The notes beneath the pieces were generated by a model. It saw only the letters and a program-made list of their open reading frames with translations. It made no database searches and had not been told where the DNA came from. 64,000 nt of DNA from Malacoraja senta. Taxonomy: Eukaryota. The position numbers were made by a program, and so were the translations under genes. The stretch covers positions 4,342,001-4,406,000 of the forward strand of contig CM075997.1 in the NCBI GenBank assembly GCA_038087875.1, written 5' to 3'. The number at the start of each line of letters is the position of its first letter. The first letter of the stretch is position 1. Shown piece after piece: positions 63,996 to 64,000 of this stretch.

Positions 63996-64000
63996 TTAGT

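Overview
Eukaryotic, repeat-saturated vertebrate genomic DNA, most likely from a cartilaginous fish (skate/ray-like, inferred from V-SINE/HE1-type SINEs with CR1/HER1-type LINE tails). The only host protein-coding sequence is one uninterrupted ~1.8-kb exon (ATG 13592, donor after 15366) encoding the N-terminal 591 aa of a Na+/Ca2+ exchanger, most similar to SLC8A2/NCX2. A GC-rich candidate non-coding first exon lies at ~2402-2753. No downstream NCX exon was recognisable, so the rest appears to be a >48-kb intron with a 200-N gap at 49935-50134. The introns contain CR1, L2, Rex1/Babar, L1 and Tx1 LINE fragments, V-SINEs, Penelope-like elements (GIY-YIG remnants, hammerhead-like cores) and 13 PIF/Harbinger-type MITEs. 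Most notable observations: (1) a ~135-140 bp non-autonomous retroposon, present twice, whose first 54 nt fold as a complete minimal HDV-like self-cleaving ribozyme starting at the insertion boundary; (2) a ~0.9-1 kb inverted duplication 40 kb apart that brackets the giant NCX exon, a geometry that favours back-splicing, plus two further local inverted duplications; (3) MITEs with directionally mismatched 3-bp target duplications (TAA...TTA). All calls were made by eye; no alignments, folding or database searches were run.
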